Of a DNA stretch of 64,000 bases, positions 1 to 12,960 are shown piece after piece. The stretch is from Raja brachyura (lineage: Eukaryota). Every line of letters begins with the position of its first letter. Positions within the stretch are counted from its first letter, which is position 1. The stretch is taken from positions 37,386,001 to 37,450,000 of the forward strand of contig OY740804.1 of the NCBI GenBank assembly GCA_963514005.1, read 5' to 3'. The translations under genes were made by a program, and so were the position numbers. The notes beneath the pieces are model-generated. The model did not search any database. It saw nothing but the letters and a program-made list of their open reading frames with translations, and was not told the DNA's origin.

Positions 1-293
1 TAACTGAAACTTGATCTCAGGATTAGATGAAAAGTCATATTCTATATTCCTTGATCTTATCTCCAATGTTGCATTAATGGTAAATTAGTCCATTCTTTAT
101 GATTTCTTTTTGATTTTTATTTTATTTTACTCTGTTTTTCTCTCTTTTTATTAAAATAAATAAATTATTAGAAACAAAATGATTCATTTGATAATAATAA
201 TGTATGATTGTTGTATACGAAAGATTGCTATCATAATATGTGTTTGCTAATTCACTGCTTACCTACTCTAATAAAAATATATATTAAAAAAAA
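1..293 (+). mobile_element. AT-rich 3' end of an L1/Tx1-like LINE (polyA-tailed)
   Basis: T-rich stretch ending in AATAAA followed by an A-run at about 286-293; no protein motif visible. Confidence 0.35.
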
Positions 294-384
294 CATGTCT
301 TTGGATTGAGACTGCCTTCCACTAGGCACGTCAAGAAACAGTGGCAAGACTGCAAGATTCTAGTGTGTGCTGGAAAGCATTTTA

Positions 385-1003
385 CAGAAGCAGAACTCAT
401 CATTTATTTTTGAATTGGTGTAATGTGTTCAAAAAAAAAATTGAACACATTACACCAATTCTTAAATCCGTACATTGGCTCCCTGTATGTCAGAGAATTG
501 ATTTTAAAATCTTGCTGCTCACCTATAAATCACTACATGGTTTAGGGCCAAAGTATATCACTGACATGCTTCCACTATATAAGTCTTCTAGACCGCTAAG
601 ATCTTCAGAGACCAATCTGTTAGTGATTCCCAGAGTAAATACAAACCATGGGAAAGCAGGATTTCGTTACTATGCATCAAATAGCTGGAATAAACTCCCT
701 GAAGATTTAAGACTTGCCCCAACTTTGACCACTTTTAAAACAAGACTGAAAATGTTTATGTTTACTTTAGCTTTCAGCTAATTACATTGCACTTTTAACG
801 TTTGCACTTTTCTATAATGCATTTTTTACTTTGCATTTTTTTCTATAATGCATTTTTTACTTTGCTTTTATTTTCTTTTAATTCTTCTATTTTATTTATT
901 TTTAAAATTATCTCATTTTATTGTATGACATGTTTTTATGTGAAGCACTTTCAGTCTGCCTCGTGTATGAAATGTGTTATATAAATAAAGTTGCCTTGCC
1001 TTG
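385..1003 (+). mobile_element. L2-clade LINE 3' fragment
   Basis: ORF 341-781 has the L2 C-terminal motifs HITPILKSVHWLPV-QRIDFKILLL-YKSLHG and WNKLP..FKTRLK; tail GTGAAGCACTTT...AATAAA-(GCCTT)n. Confidence 0.85.
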
Positions 1004-1642
1004 ATCTCTGTAAGATCTTACTATGTGAAAATTGACATGCCTACAATTCAAGAGGAAATCATTCTGAAGAAACTGTAAATTCATGCATTCATTTTTTAAA
1101 CGTTGAAATCTATTTGTTGTGATGGATACTGGATAAAACTAAGAGTACAATAGTTTAAAAAGGTTGCAAGAGTAGTATTGACATCTCGGTTTATATCTCT
1201 CCTGAATACTTATCCCAGTGGAACATACTTAGCACAGATGAAAAATATTAATGTCAGGCAAGGCCTCCAATATCTAAAAATGGTCACGTCATAATTGTCG
1301 TGGGGGTGGATGGATCATGAAAAAGTTGATTATATTCCTTTGTGCTTCATTCTCAGGATCAAATGAGCATATGATCTAACACAATAACTTAATCTCCCTC
1401 CCTGTCCAGTGTAACTTTTATGATTCCCTGAAACATTCATTCATCCAACAGCAGTGCACTTTCCACAGCATGATCTTCACCGGTTCATACCGGCCTTTAC
1501 GACAGCACTTTCCAACCCATGACCTGCAAGGCCAAGGCCAGGAGGCAAATGGCAATTCACTCCATGCCCCCTCCAGCTCTTGCTCCATGTCACAAACCAA
1601 TCTGAATTGGGAATACATTGCAGACACAATGAACTGCAGATT

Positions 1643-1850
1643 AGCTTAGTTAGGTGTAGAGATAGAGCGCGGAAACAGGCCCTTTTGCCGGCCGAGACCG
1701 GAGGGCGCCTGGAGTCCGCCCAGTGATCCCCGCACACCAACAATATACACCAGGGACAATTTCACATTTACACCATGCCAATGAACCTACAAGCCTCCAT
1801 GTCTCCGGAGTGTGGGAGGAAACCGAAGATCTCAGTGAAAACCCACGCAA
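1643..1850 (-). mobile_element. HE1/V-SINE-type SINE, partial
   Basis: Reverse complement of the CGGTTTCCTCCCACACTCC core and the CR1-derived GGGCCTGTTTCC tail. Confidence 0.7.
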
Positions 1851-3854
1851 TCACTTTTTGTTTTTGTCAGTCTCCCTAATGGTCGAAAGTGGTTTCCGCT
1901 TCTATGTTTACCCTAGGATAAAGAGTAGAGATCGAGTGGCAAGCTGACAAGCATCAAAGTTTCAATCGCTTTCGATAGGACCAGAGCATCAAAGGTGTGG
2001 GTGAAGATGCGGCAGATTGGCAGTTACAGAAATGTTTAGCTTAGAGTCGTTTAGTTCAGCTTGGAGATACAGCGTAGAAACAGGCCTTCTATGTTCTGTG
2101 AAAGAACATGGAATGAAACAAGGTTGACTGGGTGGGGGATGGGGATATGGGTGTCGAATGATACAAGTAAATGAACAGAATTTGCCCTATCTGTGTAGGA
2201 AGGAACCGCAGATGCTGGTTTACACCTAAGATAGACACAAAATGCTGGAGTAACTCAGTGGGACAGGCAGCATCTCTGAATAGAAGGATTGGGTGACGTT
2301 TCGAGTCGTGACCGTTTCATCAGACTGCGAGTCAGGGGAAAGGGAAGGCACAGAGATAAGGAAGGGTAAGGTATAAAAACGTGGCACAACTCTCATTGGA
2401 GAGAGGAAGAGAACAAGGCGGTAGGAGAGGAGATATTGCAGTAGAGCAGATGAAATGTATAGGTAGGAAATGCAGATGCTGATTGAACCGTACAACCCTA
2501 CCTCAGCAACTAAGTTCTACTATGGATTCTGTTGTAGTTTTACTACGTACTTCAGTTTTGCACCATTAGGAACTGGTCACCTAATATTATTATGTTGTAT
2601 TATTGATTATTGTACATTTATTTGTTATGTTATTGTGTTAATCAGCCTGTTAAGCTGCAGCAAGTAAGAATGTATTTGTTCCATTGCTGGTTCATATGCC
2701 AATTAATCATTTTTGACTTGATTCTTGAACACAACCCATAGCCAGTTCTACCTGAATCTGCACATGTGTTTCAATCAGTCAGTGTGAGGTCTGGGAGGAG
2801 TTGCCATTGGCAACCATCCGCCTGCAGCAGCAGAACCAGTTTGTGAGATATTAACAGAAAATTATACTGGCCTTTCAGAATCAGCTCTTCAATTATTTCT
2901 TCAGGATTATTAATTTAGCTTCATTTCATTAGTCCATTTTTTTATTTTTAAGAGGCAGCATAATTTGTTTTGTGGAAGATTTTGCATGAGTTTTCATTCC
3001 TGTTGGAACCCTTCTTCAAACCCGAAACGTCACCCATTCCTTCTACCCAGAGATGTTGCCTGTCCCGCTGAGTTACTCCAGCATTTTGTGTCTATCTTCG
3101 GTGTAAACCAGCATCTGCAGTTCCTTCCTAAAACTGTTTCTTTCCTGTTGTTGGTTTCCGCCTGTGCATGGCCTGAGTTTCAAGAGCGGCATGTTGCTAA
3201 TAAAGAGGAGGGCATGGCTTATGGATCCCTGGTTCACAAGGTTATTGAGAAACTATTAGGAAAAAGAGGTGTTTGTCATGTATAGGCAGCTGGGATCCAG
3301 CAAATCCTGCGTTCAATGTTTCAATGGTGCTTTGTTGTTACCGCATGTGAAGTGCAAATGCACAGCGAAATTCCTTTCTTACAAACAATCCAATAGAGTA
3401 TCATCACTCCACCCCACATTAGCAGTTGTACAGACAAAGTCCACTGAGCCCGCGTGCGAGAGACACCATGTTTGGCTCCAATTTCCAAGTCCAGTCCATG
3501 CTCTAGTTGTTAAGTGCGGTGCCCGATTTAGGTGAGGCCTAGGCTGCTGTGGGCCTCCAACCATGGCCCAGCAACCAGCATCCTCTCCTCACCCGTCCAC
3601 CTTTGTTCCCCGGGGGAGCCTCTGACAGCTGACCTCAAGGGGGCAGTAGGCCAGACCCCAGTTCCCTCTCCTCTACTACCAGCCTATCTCCTCTCCCATC
3701 GTGTGTGTCGTTGTTGCCAGCTCCATTCTCCATGTGGAGAATAAGTGATGTAGGAATAAACATAAGGGATAAATCAGAAGTGCAAACAGTGTTCATGAGG
3801 TGGCTTTGGCAGATAGACTAAAGGAGAATACTAAGAGATTCTATAAGTGGTACA

Positions 3855-4128
3855 GTACAGCGGTGGAGTGCCAGGGATCCAGGTGTGATCTTGACTACAG
3901 GTGCTGTCTGTCTGGAGTTTGCACATTCACTCTGTGTGTTTGGTGCGGGGTTTCTCCTGTTTCCGCCCACATTCCAAAGGCCTGCAGGTTTGTAGGATAA
4001 TTGGCTTCAGTAAATTACCCGCAGTGTTTAGGATAGAACTAGTGTATCTGAGTGATCTTTGGTCAGCATGGACTTAGTGGGCTGAAGGGTCTGTTTCCAT
4101 GTTGTATCCCATATCGAAACTAAATTAA
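3855..4128 (+). mobile_element. HE1/V-SINE-type SINE
   Basis: GGTGCTGTCTGT..GGAGTTTG core; tail GGGCTGAAGGGTCTGTTTCC...CTAAA. Confidence 0.7.
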
Positions 4129-4240
4129 AGTATACAAAGAATAAAAGGATAACTCAGGAGTGAATAGGTCCCCTTAAGGTTCAATGGGGCTGTTGAGGTT
4201 TGAAGATGGGCGAGGTTTAAATAAATATTTCTCATCCACC

Positions 4241-4500
4241 ACCAGGGGCGCTGCACGATTGGCAGCCCCGCCAACGGTCTGTTTGTTTTTCCGTGTTAAA
4301 TTTTTGTTTTTAGCTTGTGTTAAAAGTTTGTGTAAATGTTGTCCGGTTTGTTTTATGTAGGGAGAGGGGTCGGGGTCGGGGGAAACTTTTGTTTCAGTTT
4401 CTTACCTTACCGGAGATGCGATTAATTTTCGGGTCGCATTCTCCGGTCGCTCTGCGGCCTACCATCGATGGAGCTGGAGGCCTCCTTGGACTGACCTTGG
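4241..4500 (+). mobile_element. 5' part of the GC-rich non-autonomous retroelement family (same as 37658-38379)
   Basis: Colinear similarity CCAGGGGCGC..TGGCAGCCC..GGTTTGTTTTATGT..GGCCTACCATCG.TGGAGCTGGA.GCCTCCT.GGACTG; truncated at about 4500. Confidence 0.7.
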
Positions 4501-4639
4501 GCTCATAAATACCAAAGGCAAGCAAATGGTGAAACCCATCCCTTCACCATCTCTGGCTAAACCCCTCCCTTCACCACCTCCAGTTTAAATTCCAGTTGGA
4601 ATATTTTGGAGGACCAAGTAACCAAGAAGAACCAAGAAG

Positions 4640-5127
4640 ACTCATACTCGCAGCATGGTCGACACAAGGTTCGAGGATGTCTTTGTAACTCTCCTTCAGG
4701 CTCGAGATTAGTCCCCGCGTACTCGAGGCCTCAGCTAAGTTGCAGCGTATTTTTCAACATGTTGAAAAATGCCCGCGCGTAACAAAAAGGTCGCCATGGA
4801 AAAAAATCGATACTTTTTTTTACTTGTAGGTTTAGTCGAAGTAGGTCGTAGTAGGTCAGCATGTTAGTTGTAGGTAATCGAGGATAGTCAAAGGTAATTG
4901 AAGGTAGTCGAAGGTAGTCATAGATAGTCTTCATCATAGTTGAAGGGAGGTTGAAGGAGGTCGTCTTCACTCTCCACTCTTCACTGTCCAATTTTCCCGA
5001 AGCCAGTCGTAGCTAGTACATGCTAGTCTTCTACATAGTCGAAGGAGGTCTTCAACATGACATTTTTTCAAACTCTCCTGAACTCTTCTAAACTCACCAA
5101 TTAGGTCGCTGCAGTGGGACAGCCCCT
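4640..5127. mobile_element. PIF/Harbinger-type MITE lacking its left end
   Basis: Right TIR GTGGGACAGCCCCT ends at 5127; family palindrome TTTTCAACATGTTGAAAA at 4751-4768. Confidence 0.65.
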
Positions 5128-5129
5128 TG

Positions 5130-6310
5130 AGATGGCCAATTGGATTTGGCTCAGTGGAAAGAGTCAGAGTTGGTAGTGGAGGGTTGTCGTTAAGATTGGA
5201 GGCTTGCGGCCAATGGTGTGTTGCAGTGATCGGGGCTGGGACCACTCTGTCATCTATTTCAACAATTTATGTGACAATGTTGTTAATCTGGCTGGTAAGG
5301 TGGCAAATTACTCCAAAATTGGTGGTCTGGAGGAACTTAGGAAATAGGCAAGAGCAGGACTTACACAGTAAATGGCAGGGCCTCAGAGAGTGTTACAGAA
5401 TATAGACCCTTGGGCGGCACAGTTGCATAGCGGTGGAGTTGCTGCCTTACAGCGCCGGGGACTAGGGTTTGATCCTGACTGCAGGTGCTGTCTGTATGGA
5501 TTGTGTACATTCTCCCTATGACCATGTGTGCTTTCACAGCGATCTTCGGTTTCCTCCCACACTCCAAAGATGTACAGGATTGCTGGTCGGTGCGGACTTG
5601 GTGGGCCGAAGGGCCTGTTTCCGCACTGTATCTCCAGACTACACTAAATTGGTGACGCACAAAAGCAGGTTGGTGAAAAAGGCACTTGTCATGCTTGCCC
5701 TCGCGGGTCAGGCCACTGAATACCTTTGAATTGTCCAGATTTAGGAAGTATGTCATTAAGCCGGGAAGAGCGCAGAGAAGATTCATGAGGATGCTACTGT
5801 GACTGGAAGACTTGAGTTATTTGGAGAGATTGGATAGACCGGGGTTGTTCTTACTGGAACAGAGGAGGATAGAGGGTGAGTATATAAAATCATGAGGTGC
5901 GTACAAGAGGTGGACAATAACCAAATTTTCTCAAGGCTACAGAAGTCTACAACTAGAGACAAATAGTAAAGGTGAGAGGGGAAACACTTAAAAGAGACCG
6001 AAGGGGCAACTTCTTCAGGCAGAGGGTGGTGAGTACATGCAGATGCAGGTATAAATACAATGTTTATTTGGACTGGTACACGGGTGGGAACGTTTCAGAG
6101 AGATAAATACCAAAGGCAAGCAAATGGTGAAACCCATCCCTTCACCATCTCTGGCTAAACCCATCCCTTCACCACCTCCAGTTTAAATTTCAGTTGGAAT
6201 ATTTTGGAGGACCAAGTAACCAAGAACCAAGAACCAAGAAAATGGGACTTACTCAAGTCGACATCTTGTATGATTAGGGCTGAAGTGCCTGTATACATGC
6301 TATATGACTA
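5130..6310 (+). mobile_element. Degenerate CR1 LINE 3' region, interrupted by a SINE (5411-5648) and a short retro-tail (about 6128-6239)
   Basis: Decayed CR1 RT C-terminus and 3'UTR sequence similar to other CR1 copies in the window. Confidence 0.6.
5411..5648 (+). mobile_element. HE1/V-SINE-type SINE
   Basis: tRNA-like head (A-box-like TTGCATAGCGGT, B-box-like GGTTTGATCC), V-domain core, CR1-derived tail. Confidence 0.8.
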
Positions 6311-7744
6311 CGACTGAGCAAAAGATGGTGCTGTAGATAAGAAACCAAGTTCAACAAAAGACCCTTCTATCTTCTCAGGTGAAAGTATTTACATTCACAG
6401 CCATATTAGAAAAGTTTGGGATGTTGTGCAAAGTATCCCGATCAATATTTATCACTCAACAAATATAGGTGATTTAGATTTTTATCTCCTCGCTTATTGC
6501 AGATCCTGATTGTGCATATATTTAACACTATATTTCTTATTTTGTGGCAGAGGATTCAAAAGGTCACACATCAGAAATTGCCCAGATGGTGACAAAGGAC
6601 CCTTGTAGTTATGGCATATGCTACAGCTATGTGGTGCCACTGAAATATCATCTTTAATGCTGATGTTATCCTGCACAAATATAGACACAGTGATTCAAAC
6701 ACACTGATGTTTTTATGAAGTGTTTGTTGGATCCTTGGAATCTGACATCATGTTTTACTTTGGGCAAAACAAAACTGTTGGGTCATCCATCAAGACGTCA
6801 CTACCATCCTTGTGGCTGTATGATGCCTGGAGGTATCTGGTCCAGGAACTAATCATCTTCTCACCTCTTCATTACCATGGCCATGTCCTTCGCTGTAACC
6901 TTTTTACAGTAATATTTAGCATAGCTGCATTCCATTAATTTGGCGCTCGAAATATCTCGATCTTTAAGGACTTTATCTCGAGAATTCCATCCCTAAACCT
7001 GGGAATGTGGATGATGTATTAGCTTGGATTTTCGGAATGGTTAACAATGAGAAAAGAGAATTGGATATTTACGTTATCAAGCTTAACTGCTGAGATCACA
7101 TTTTAACTAATCCTAATGGAGGAGACTGGGGATAGGATTTTTTAACGACACAGGCTTGGTGGGAAAGTAAGCTGTGACAGTCAGGCAGGGAGACCGATTA
7201 AGTGAGTGGAAAGATATTGATGGATGTGACGTGTGGGAGGGAACTGCAGACGCTGGTTTAAACCAAAGAAAGACACAAATTGCTGGAATCACTCAACAGG
7301 ACAGGCACCACCTCTGTAGAGAAGCAATGGGTAAAGCTTTGGGTCGAGGCCCTTGAAGAAGGGTCTCGACCCGAATAGTCACCCATTCCTTCTCTCCAGA
7401 GATGCTGCCTGTCCCGTTGATAGATGCAACATTGTGTGTGCAAGAGTAAGGAAATATTGCTATAGTTATATAAACCTTTGGTGGGACCATAGTTGGAATA
7501 CCTTCTATGGTTTTGGCCCCTGACCTAAAGATCGAAATACGTGCCTCGGGCTCCGCAGTTCACTAAATTCATTAGATTGATTACTTAGAAGAACTTAGAA
7601 TAATTTGCACATATTGTTCTTAGAAGGGCTGGCAGGGTAGATGCTGAGAAGATTTTGCCCTGGACTGGAGAGTCTAGAGTTGGAATCAGAGTCTCAGGAT
7701 AAGGGTTTGGCAATTTAGAGTCAAGATGAGGAAAAAACTCTGTC

Positions 7745-8432
7745 AGTCAATCAAACAAACTTTATTGTCATTTAGAAATACATCGATATATGCAATTCCA
7801 AACGAAATTCCGTTTCATTTGGCTCCATGAGCAACACAACAATAAACAGAAGGATAAAATGGATAAAAAGATAAAATGGATACAAAGATAAAATAGACAA
7901 TGGTGGCAGCCCATTACATGGCATTCAGGAGAATGATGGCTTGTGGGAAGAAGCTGTTCCAGAACCTTGATGTTCTGCTCCTTATGCTACGATATCTTTT
8001 GCCCGAGGGCAGCAGAGTGAACAGTCCATGATGGAGATGTGTGGGGTCCTTTATAATATTGCTGGCCTTAGACACGCAACGTTTGCTCGCAATATCCTCG
8101 ATTGAGGGGAGAGAGGTCCCGATGATTTTTTCCGCTGTCCTCACCACTCTCTGCACGGACTTCCAGTCAGAGGCTCTACAGTCCCCAAACCAGACAGAGA
8201 TACAGCTGGTCAAAATACTCTCTATGGTGCCCCTGTAGAAAGTGGTGAGGACGGGATGGGGGAGGTGAGCTCTTCTCATCCGGCGCAGAAAGTGCAACCG
8301 CTGCTGCGCTCTCTTAACTGTTGATGAGATGTTATTTGACCAGGTCAGACTGTTAGTGATCTGCACCCCCAGCAACTTAGTGCTACTGACCAACTCCACA
8401 TCGCTGTCATTAATGTGAAGTGGTGTGTGACC
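7745..8432 (-). mobile_element. Rex1/Babar-clade LINE 3' fragment
   Basis: ORF 7914-8399: LGVQIT..LTW..N...VKRAQQRLHFLRR..FYRGTIESILT..ISVWFG..LPSGKRYRS..SFFPQAI. Confidence 0.85.
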
Positions 8433-9439
8433 AGAGTTTTTATGAATCCTTGGAATTTTCGACCATGCTGGTCTGCAGAAACTTGGTCATTAGGTGTATC
8501 CAAGATTTACTGCCTGAATTTTGCACTGTAAGGGATAAGATGGGGAATACGGTGAGCAGCCTGGTTGCTTACGGAGTGCTGGATAAAGCTTGAGGGAACA
8601 AATAGCTGACTACTAGTATATTTATTACAACTGTGACTACTCTTCAAAAATAGCATGTAAAGTGTTTTGGGATGCCTTGAACGCCCTGCATAAATGCAAG
8701 TCACTTTCTGGAGTCAAAATGATTGAATCCACATTTGTAGTTTGTCGTGATGGGTCTGAACGTTTGTGTTGCTTGTTCCCTGACATGCTCACCAGCTCAC
8801 TGTACTCTACATTCAATTTGGATTGCAACAATGCAGAAATTACCAATGATTTCGGAAATTGCTTTATTGTTTTAATGAGTATCACAGTGCATGAGTGCTT
8901 TGTGGATTAATTCTAATTGAATTGCTTCATTCTAGATGTACCCATGTGCTTATCTTCTCCACGAGCCCATCCAGTTGAGACCGACTGATGTACTACATTC
9001 CATAAGACTGCAATGCTAACGAGGTATATAGTTCACTCACTTCTTTCATGTGCCCTGCACACTTATTTATTTTGAAGTGCGCTGGTGGCTGCATCTATTT
9101 TATAATGCATGAAGTGAATGTAAATGATTTAAACTGCAGGATGACCCAACAACTGCATTTGAGCTCTTAACAAGAATACCATTTATCATTATTCCTTAAA
9201 AAACAAAAAATCGATGGAGGCAATAAAATCTCAGGCAATTCTTTGAGTGCTAGGCTGGATAAACAGGAGGAATGAGTTGGGGATGAGCCAGACTGTGCAG
9301 CAATGCTACTGAGATTCTCGTTGACAATAACAACAGGGGAACAAAAGTACTGTGGTATGTATTGTCGACTCTGGCAAGAGCAGGTGTGTTTCTCCACTGT
9401 GCCCAATATCACAGCATTGAAAAGAAAGGTGGATTGTCG

Positions 9440-10420
9440 GGTTTGTATTTAATCATCATTGAATTATACAGTCATGGAAACAAGTCCTTTGACCCAACTT
9501 ACCCACACCGACCAACATGTCCCATTTGCACTAGTCCGACCTGCCTGTCTCTTAAACATTGCGATAGTAATGTAGTTGAGATATTTGAGGTAGCCTCAAC
9601 TACCTCTTTTGGCAGATCATTCCATGCATCTGCACTCTTTGTGTGACAGAGTTGCCCCTCAGGTTCCTATTACATTATTCCCCCCTCACCTTAATCCTGT
9701 GTCCTCTGGTACTCGATTCCCCTACTCTGCGCAAGAGACTCTGTGTGTCTACCCGATCTATTCCTCTCATGATTTTGTACACTTCTATAAGATCACGAGC
9801 CTGCTTAACCTCTCCCTATAGCTCAGTGCCTCGAGCCCTGGCAACATTGTCGTAAATCTTCCCTACCCCTTTTCCAGCTTGATAATACCTTTCCTCTAAC
9901 ATGGTGCCCAATGTGCCAAAGGTCTTTTTGCCCACTCTATCTACCGGTGGTACCACTTTCAATGAACTACGTAACTGCACTCCGAGATCCTGCCGCTCTG
10001 CAACACTCCCCACAGCCCGACCATTCACTGTGTGGGTCCTGCCCCTGTTAGTTTTTCCAAAATGCTAACTTTCTCAGTATTAAATTACATCAAGCATTCC
10101 TCAGCCCACCTCCCCAATCGATCATGATCCTACTGCTATTTTTGACAACCATCTTCGCTATTTACAATACCACCCACTTTTGAGTCAACTGCAAACTTGC
10201 TAATCATGTCATGATCATTCTCATCCAAATCCAATGATATAGATGACAAATAGCAATGGAAACCAGCACCGAATCCTGAGGCACACCACTGGTCACAGGC
10301 CTCCATTCCGAAAAGCAACCTTACACCATCACCCTCTGCTTCCATCCATGAAGCCAAGTTTCTATCCATTCATCTTGGATCCAGAGCAGCCTACCATGTG
10401 GAACCTTGTCGAATGCCTTG
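9440..10420 (-). mobile_element. Degenerate CR1 LINE 3' region
   Basis: Broken RT frames (ISKFAVDSKVGG, QDLGVQLRSSLKV) and CR1 3'UTR. Confidence 0.7.
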
Positions 10421-10455
10421 CTGCAATCACTGTGATATCATGAAACTTAATCATG

Positions 10456-10935
10456 CAAGTAGAATGTTGCCTGGGTTCCAGCAACTAAGTTCCAGAGAAA
10501 GGTTGAACAAGTTGGGTCTTTATTCTTTGGAGCGCAGAAGGTTAAGGGGGGACTTGATTGAGGGATTTAAAATGATGAAAGGGATAGACAGAGTTGACGT
10601 GGATAAGCTTTTCCCATTGAGGGTAGGGAAGATTCAAACAAGAGGGCATGACATGAGAATTAAGGGACAGTAGTTTAGGGGTAACATGAGGGGGAACTTC
10701 GTTACTCAGAGAGTGGTGGCTGTGTGGAATGATCTTCCAGCAGAAGTGGTGGAGGCAGGATCGATTTTAACATTTAAAAGTAAATGGATAGGTATATGGT
10801 CGGGAAGGGAATGGAGGGGTATGGTCTGAGTGCAGGTAGATGGGACTAGGGGAAAATAAATGGTCGGCACGGACTGGAAGGGCCGAGAAGGCCTGTTTCC
10901 GTGCTGTAATTGTTATATGGTTATATGGTTATATA
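10456..10935 (+). mobile_element. Young CR1 LINE 3' fragment
   Basis: RMLPGFQQLS..ERLNKLGLYSLERRRLRGDLIE; (TATGGTTA)n tail; nearly identical to the inverted copy at 56724-57608. Confidence 0.9.
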
Positions 10936-11109
10936 GATAGGGAAAGTGCCAGATGACTGGTTGATTCATGACTCTTTGGGCCAGGCTTGATAGGTATTTC
11001 CCATTCCACTTTCCACGTGTTTATAAGTAGCACTGATTGTTATCTCTGAAGGGCATATTACATGTGATTTTTGTTATTATACGTGTGTGCTGGGCACAGT
11101 TTGGCATGG

Positions 11110-11362
11110 ATAGGCACAAAGTGCTGGAGTAACTCAGCGGGACTTGCAACATCTTTGGAGAGATGGAATGGGTGACGTTTTGGGTCGAGCCCCTTCTTCA
11201 GTCTGAAGAAGTGTCTCGACCCAAAATGTGAGTCTGAAGAAGGGTCTCGACTCAAAACGTCACCCATTCAATCTCTCCAGAGATGCTGCCTGTCCCGCTG
11301 AGTTACTCCAGCATTTTGTGCTTATCTACCGTTTAAACCAGTATCTGCAGTTCCTTCCTACA
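11110..11362. mobile_element. Inverted pair of Penelope-derived terminal repeats
   Basis: GCTGGAGTAACTCAGCGGGAC...CTTCTTCAG followed by its reverse complement CTGAAGAAGGGTCTCGAC...GAGTTACTCCAGC. Confidence 0.8.
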
Positions 11363-12190
11363 CATTGTTTGGCATGGTATGCATTGATAGGTAAGACATA
11401 CCTTGTTGGATGCAACATGGTTGATTGAGGTGGCATGTATTTTTGGGTGTGATAGATTGTGAAACATAGACATTTCAAAGCAGGAAGTAGGCATTTTGTC
11501 TGATGCATCTCATCGGTCATGATATGCCTACATAGTTTGGTGTGCCCTGCATTGTTCACTGCGATATCTACTTTAGGTTGGCATTGATAGCCATGACATA
11601 GATTGGTAAGATATTGCTGGTTATGATACATATTATCATGTGCAGTAAAAGTTCTGTTTATGAGGTGCATTATTAAGTAGGATACACATTGTTGAGTAAC
11701 ACATGCATGAATAAATGAATGAATGAATTGGCCAAATATTCACATACAAGGAATTTGCCTTGGTGCTCTGCTCGCAAACGATTCCCATTTGCGTTACAGC
11801 AGCATTGTTAGGTTGGTATGTAGCTTCATTTCTTATGTCTGACGTACATTTCTAAGTGCAACATGCATTATTGCATCTGAATTCATTGATAAATAATTCC
11901 ATTATTATGGTTGGCAGTAGCGGTTAGTTACTAATTTATGGTATTTTTGATTTTTACTTATTTTCTACTGTGGGTTATGTAATTCCATTGTTGATGCATA
12001 TGACAAATAAAGACACATATCTACAATAATCTTGTTTGGTCTTGCATACACATTTGAATATGGCATGCATTGTTAAATATGGCATGCAGTGTTGAACTTG
12101 GCATGCATTATTGAATATGGCATGCACTGTTGAACAGCCTGCATTGTTGAACACTATTGGATATGGCATTCATTGCTAGACGTTATAAGT
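11362..12190. repeat. Degenerate minisatellite with about 19-nt period
   Basis: Four clean units TGGCATGCA(T/G/C)T(G/A)TT(A/G)AA.. at 12061-12136; decayed CATTG..-phased units upstream. Confidence 0.6.
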
Positions 12191-12479
12191 GTTGGAGGTT
12201 GCGTTATTACACTCACCCTATAATGACATCCTACTATATCTTTCTCTCTCAAATACATTGAGCTTGCCTTTAAATGCATCTATGGCAAAATACTTCAACT
12301 ATTTCACGTGGCTAGAGATTTTATATTCTCACTACTCCAGTCACAGAAGTTACTTGTCAATTCCCTACTGGTTTTATTAAAGACGGCTATATGATTAGTT
12401 TTGCATTCTGCAGGAGCTTCTGTTCATTCCCTCAAACCCTTTCCTAATGTTAATGAATCATAACATCAGAGTTATACAT

Positions 12480-12960
12480 GCGGGATTTCAGGTATGCAGC
12501 TAGACTGGGAACATCAGGTTGGTACTGGACCCCAGGAGAGGGAATTTGTAGAGTGCCTAGGAGAGCAGCTTGTAGTGGAGCCTACCCGGGAAAAGGCAAT
12601 TCTGGATTTGGTATGGTGTAATGAACTGGATTTAATTAGGGAGCTTAAGGTAAAGGAACCATTAGGAGGTAGTGACCGTAATATGATAACATTCACCGTG
12701 CAATTTGAGAGGGAGAAGATGAAATCGGATGTGTCGGTATTACTCTTGAGCAAAGGTGACTACAGAGGCACAAGGGAGGTACATAAAGAGTAAGAAAGAG
12801 GCAAGAGTGGACAATGATGCTGGAGAAGTGATAGTGGGGAATAACGGAATGGCTGACTAATTGAATATCAATCTTCCCAGTGGAGGGACACCAGCAATGT
12901 GTCTGAAATTCAAGAGAGTCAGGGGCTGAATGTTAGTGGAGTGGCTATTGCTAAGAAGTC
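12480..12960 (+). mobile_element. CR1 ORF2 endonuclease-region fragment
   Basis: EQLVVEPTREKAILDLVWCNE..LI..L.VKEPLGGSDRNMI.F (APE C-terminal SDH-like motif). Confidence 0.8.

Noticed and set aside
4240-4256. CTCF-like CCACCAGGGGCGC (also near 37655)
   Set aside because: One G short of the core spacing and coincides with the 5' end of a repeat family
12050-12175. CRISPR-like repeat array
   Set aside because: Contiguous tandem units without unique spacers, eukaryotic context, no cas genes
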